Source: Tubiluchus corallicola | Lineage: Eukaryota > Animalia > Priapulida | NCBI GenBank assembly: GCA_030141605.1 | Contig: JAQGDQ010000400.1 | Span: 124,001-188,000, forward strand | Length of the DNA: 64,000 nt | Direction of reading: 5' to 3' | In this document: positions 59,927 to 64,000 of the stretch, one piece after another | Numbering within the stretch: the first letter of the stretch is position 1 | Layout: the number at the start of each line of letters is the position of its first letter | Translations under genes and position numbers: made by a program | Notes under the pieces: model-generated | Told to the model about the DNA's origin: nothing | Databases searched by the model: none | Seen by the model: only the letters and a program-made list of their open reading frames with translations

Positions 59927-60466
59927 TGAAAGGAAAACCGAATGATTGTGTAAACATTAGTTCAGAATAAAGAATGCTCCAAAATATTGAAAACTACAAT
60001 AGCTTTTTTTAAGTCAAAGCTTAGATTAAATAATAATTACCTCGGATACTCAAATATTGTTAAACTTTCAAAGCTGCGCTCGGCTCAGTGAATCTACTAA
60101 GATTAGCAGCGGCGCCTTTTTGTCGCATTCGCGTGGCCGATAAATAGAAGGCTGTACCGTGATAAGCCTGCAGCGTTAGTTTCTGACGTCATATGATGTA
60201 GAACCCATTTTCGTGACATCACGCGTTTAAACAGTAACACTTACGCAAATGTGCTTGATGCGCAACGGAAGATGCCTGCCATTGCACAAACTGTGGTTAG
60301 TTTCTGACGTAAGCAATAGCTGTGTTCGGTTGCCGTTAATTAACTTTCTAAGCTAATTATTCAAATATAAGGAACAATTATTAACTTTTACAGGCAAGAA
60401 AATGTATATTTTGGACAGCAAATTAAAATGAGATCGAGTCCAAACAATCGTCCGGTTTTCCTTTAA
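59927..60466 (-). mobile_element. Family A Kolobok-like element, inverted
   Basis: Reverse complement of 50880-51436 with small deletions. Confidence 0.83.
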
Positions 60467-63400
60467 CAAAAGGATCTCAGTAGGATAGTGTTGCCAGAAG
60501 CAGACAGCAAGTTGAAAGTTGAGCTTTTATTGGCATATTCTACGCTTTATTAATTGGGCTCCCTGTTAAATATTACACACTGCAGTTAGACATAGATTCT
60601 GTGGGTTAAGTAAGGACAGTCTACTCGTGTTTCCATCTGGGACACTTTTCCCAATGGAATTTTCCCTCACATGCGCTCAAGGGCGGCGTGGTCATTTGTG
60701 TGGCCGCTGTGCGCAGTGAAAACGTTTAAGCGCCTGTGATGATGATGATGTTGATGATGATGATGAATGGTGCTGCCATGCCAGAATGTGCTCTCAGTAT
60801 CAGTTTTACACAACACTGGGCCACATGTGCTTCTCAGATGTCATACATCTAGCAGGAAGTTGTAACCGGAGGAGGTGCGGCCATGGACGCTGGTACTGTA
60901 CTGTATACACTGGCTTCAGAAGCCATATGCTCACGCGCTCACGTCTTATTAACTCGTTCCTTATTTCACTGATTACGTTAAGACCAGGCTGCTCTGGGTT
61001 TCATCGCTTAAACATTCATGGCTCACTGATTTTAGCGAGTATACATTCTTAGCAATCTCGTAACTGTCATAGGTCAAGTAGCTTGTCTAAGATTTTGTAA
61101 ATAGTTTTAACATTCAGTTTTCGTACGGTTTTTGCATACTTGCTTGTTCTACAATATTGTCAAATAAGAAAAATCGTGCGTAGTATTTTTGGTGCACGTA
61201 GGTGGTTGCACTTACAGCACAGGTATGTCCTTCATTGGCTATTAATTGTGAATATTTTATGTTTTTTTCTTTTTGCACGGCGTTCGTGTTTTTAAAGGAC
61301 TCGCATTTTTTAACTTTAGTTTTCCGTCTTGTTGAAGTTGGCTTCCCTAGCTGCACTAGGCCAAACATTGTCGTCAATTTCTTTCAAAAACCATCTTCAA
61401 ATTGATGTGTTGGTTTTCGTTATGGGTCGAAAATTGCAGATCCCAAAGTTTTTCCCTTGATAGTTTACACAGGTTTACTTGGGTGGTAAGGCTAGTTCAC
61501 ATATCTTGTTCATACGTAAGCGTCATTGATCATCTGCTCTTTCCGTGGCCTCCTGTTAGTTATTGTGATTAATTTTTGTTGCAACTAACGGGTTGTACAT
61601 AAACTTGATATGCAAGGTACATAAACACCATTTTTTCGCAATTAAAATAACAAACTTGTGAATTTTTTCCCATTATTTCCTAGTTGCTGTATGTCTTTTG
61701 CTTTGCGCATTGGTTTTGCCTAGCCTAGAATTAACTAACACGAAGATTAACAGATAACATCATAATATCAACGTAAAAATACGTGGATACATGTATGTAT
61801 ATTCATCACAACTTCTGTTACTAATTCTAAGCACTAAAGACCAGAAAAAACGTTTAAACTAAGGAAGTGAAACACGACTTGAAAATCAGAAGCTTAAAAT
61901 TTATCCTACTAAAACTCGTTTCACTCCAGTTAATAAGATGTAACTCCGTGCGAAAGACACGAATAATAGATTTTATTTGGCAAGGTTCCAAGAAAGTGGT
62001 GACGTAGTACAGAAGGCTTAGTACTGCCTAATCTCTACTGCCACTTGATTTCACTTTGTAAAACTCGCCTCCCCGCTAATTAGTGTATAGCCTTTAGAGT
62101 TCAGACAGAACTATGGGAAAGAGACTATGAACGTATTGATTTCGTGAAGAGTATCGAGTATATTTTATCCGCCGTAGTTAATTAACGACAAACAGCGGTC
62201 TAGCGCGCTGTATACCTGTTAGCTAAGCGTATGTATCCTTTCTATTGACGTCATAGCACATTCTCTACCCTCATAGCTCTGTGCGGGAAATGGTTTTGAA
62301 GTTTTTAATGCATTGGCAGCGTCCCATGGAGATATTCTAAATAGTTCTACGGTTTCTACCATCAGAACGTTTGTGGGGGTGTGCGTTATTATCATTGATC
62401 CTGTTGTGTTGCTATACAAAACTTGCATCTCGTGAGTAATGACCACAGTCAAAGCCACTTTGAAAAGTGACCAATAGTCAGTTTCAGTAGAGAAGCCACT
62501 TGGTCATTGTATTTATATTGCAGCGTTTGTACTGCAGCGTTAAACACGTCTTCGTAGAATATATTGTGCGTAAACCAAGCACGACTCAGTTTTAGACATT
62601 AAACAGTGTCTAACGGTTACTTTGGGCCAAATCATGACATACACGATATTATAATTACAAAAAAAGGTGCACAAATGAGAAACAATGAGTACAGATAGTA
62701 GCTGTTTATTTTTCATCTAGACCCTGAGAGCTTTAAAATACGCTCTCAAATACAAATTTTTGTGACGTTGTACTCTTTAAAGGACAACAAAAGGGGTACC
62801 TGAAGTAGGTTTCAGAAAAAATCGCCTTAAAAATTATATTACTTTACGGAAATTTTATGCACATATCGTATTCGCGTTGAAAGGAATTTTTGTTTGTTTT
62901 CATTTTAAATCTCCCACAATACTGTTCCGACGGCGCCATTACATGACGTCACTAAAATACGTAAATCAGGGGACGAAAAGAAAATGTTAAATTATGTCCC
63001 AAAAAAACTTTCCATGCAAATCTATATTACTTAGCATTTCACTTACCTGCTGGAAAGAATTATGTAACTAGACTAATAATTTAAAATGCTTGTGCTAATT
63101 GGTAAAATGTCACTGACTCACCCTCCAGGGTGCGCCACTTGCTAGCCAAAAACGTATTTTTAATCTTATTGACAAGATACAATAATTTAAAATTTTACTC
63201 AGTTAGTAACATGTGAGCTACGAATGCTCTGGTTATTTTTTCAAACTTTACAAAATGTTATCTAAACTTGTTTCAAATGACCTGCTGTCAAAATGGCTGC
63301 GCCTAACGGTCATCGCGGGAGCTTAAATTTACACATTTTATACAGCGTTATGGCATAGGCAAGCCATGCATACGAAAAGGTAGTATGTAAATGGTATAAA

Positions 63401-64000
63401 ATTTCGAGACGAATTTTTTAAGCTTTGTGTAAGTGGAGTGTTTTCTTGTGCTTTAAATTAGTACTATACATGCATAGGAGGTGATTAGTGAAAACCGTGA
63501 AATATATATTTTAAATTTGTGTTGTAATATTAAACAGGCAGTTAAGAAACAGCTCGTTGTGGATTTCCACTCTTGAGCAAATCAAAGATAAACCGTTTGA
63601 AGTGAAAGTGGTTCGGGCATTTAGTATCGTTATTTCTTCTTTTTTCTGTATTTTTTCGATCTTCACAAGCTGATCAGTACGGAGCAGGTTGTCGACAAAA
63701 ACTGCTTCCGCCAAGAAGAATGTGTGAACACTGGTGGTAAAATGGAAACCACAGTTTGCAAGCATTTGAGTGAAATGTAACTATGCGAACATTCGTCTTG
63801 GCATTTAAAAGCTGTACGAGACTACAACATGCCGACAGTTACATTACAAAATATTTGAAAAGTGGTTTTGAAGCGAGTTTTTTTTTGCAACAGTTTCAGA
63901 AACTGGAACCTTACAAGCATAAACTGCCATCGTGTAGCTTGAATATCGTTATTAACACATACGTGATAGGAAGGATTGTTCGTTATAATTTAGTACATGT

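Noticed and set aside
56566-64000. Further MEF2 coding exons
   Set aside because: I found no acceptor-bounded open frame resembling the MEF2 transactivation region; it probably lies beyond the window.

Overview
AT-rich, intron-rich invertebrate (animal) genomic DNA. By reading splice sites and translating exons I find four genes in order. (1) The last two exons of GLMP/NCU-G1 (+, ends 1458). (2) A complete five-exon RPS17 (-, 5583-9190) with a 5'TOP start, missed by the ORF track. (3) A complete GH20 beta-hexosaminidase (HEXA/HEXB-like, +, 9610-27221), head-to-head with RPS17. (4) The first three coding exons of MEF2 (+, 39644-56565; the gene continues past the window). The main finding is that hexosaminidase coding exon 10 is present as three intact, diverged tandem copies (21350-21521, 22067-22238, 22701-22875). 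Reading frame allows only one copy per mRNA. The copies differ at the active-site loop that distinguishes human Hex alpha from Hex beta, so one gene may make three isoenzymes by mutually exclusive splicing. Other observations: two minisatellites seeded on splice signals, an apparently ancient GLMP-RPS17-HEX-MEF2 linkage, and many MITEs, SINEs and one LINE remnant. All calls are by eye; no searches were run.
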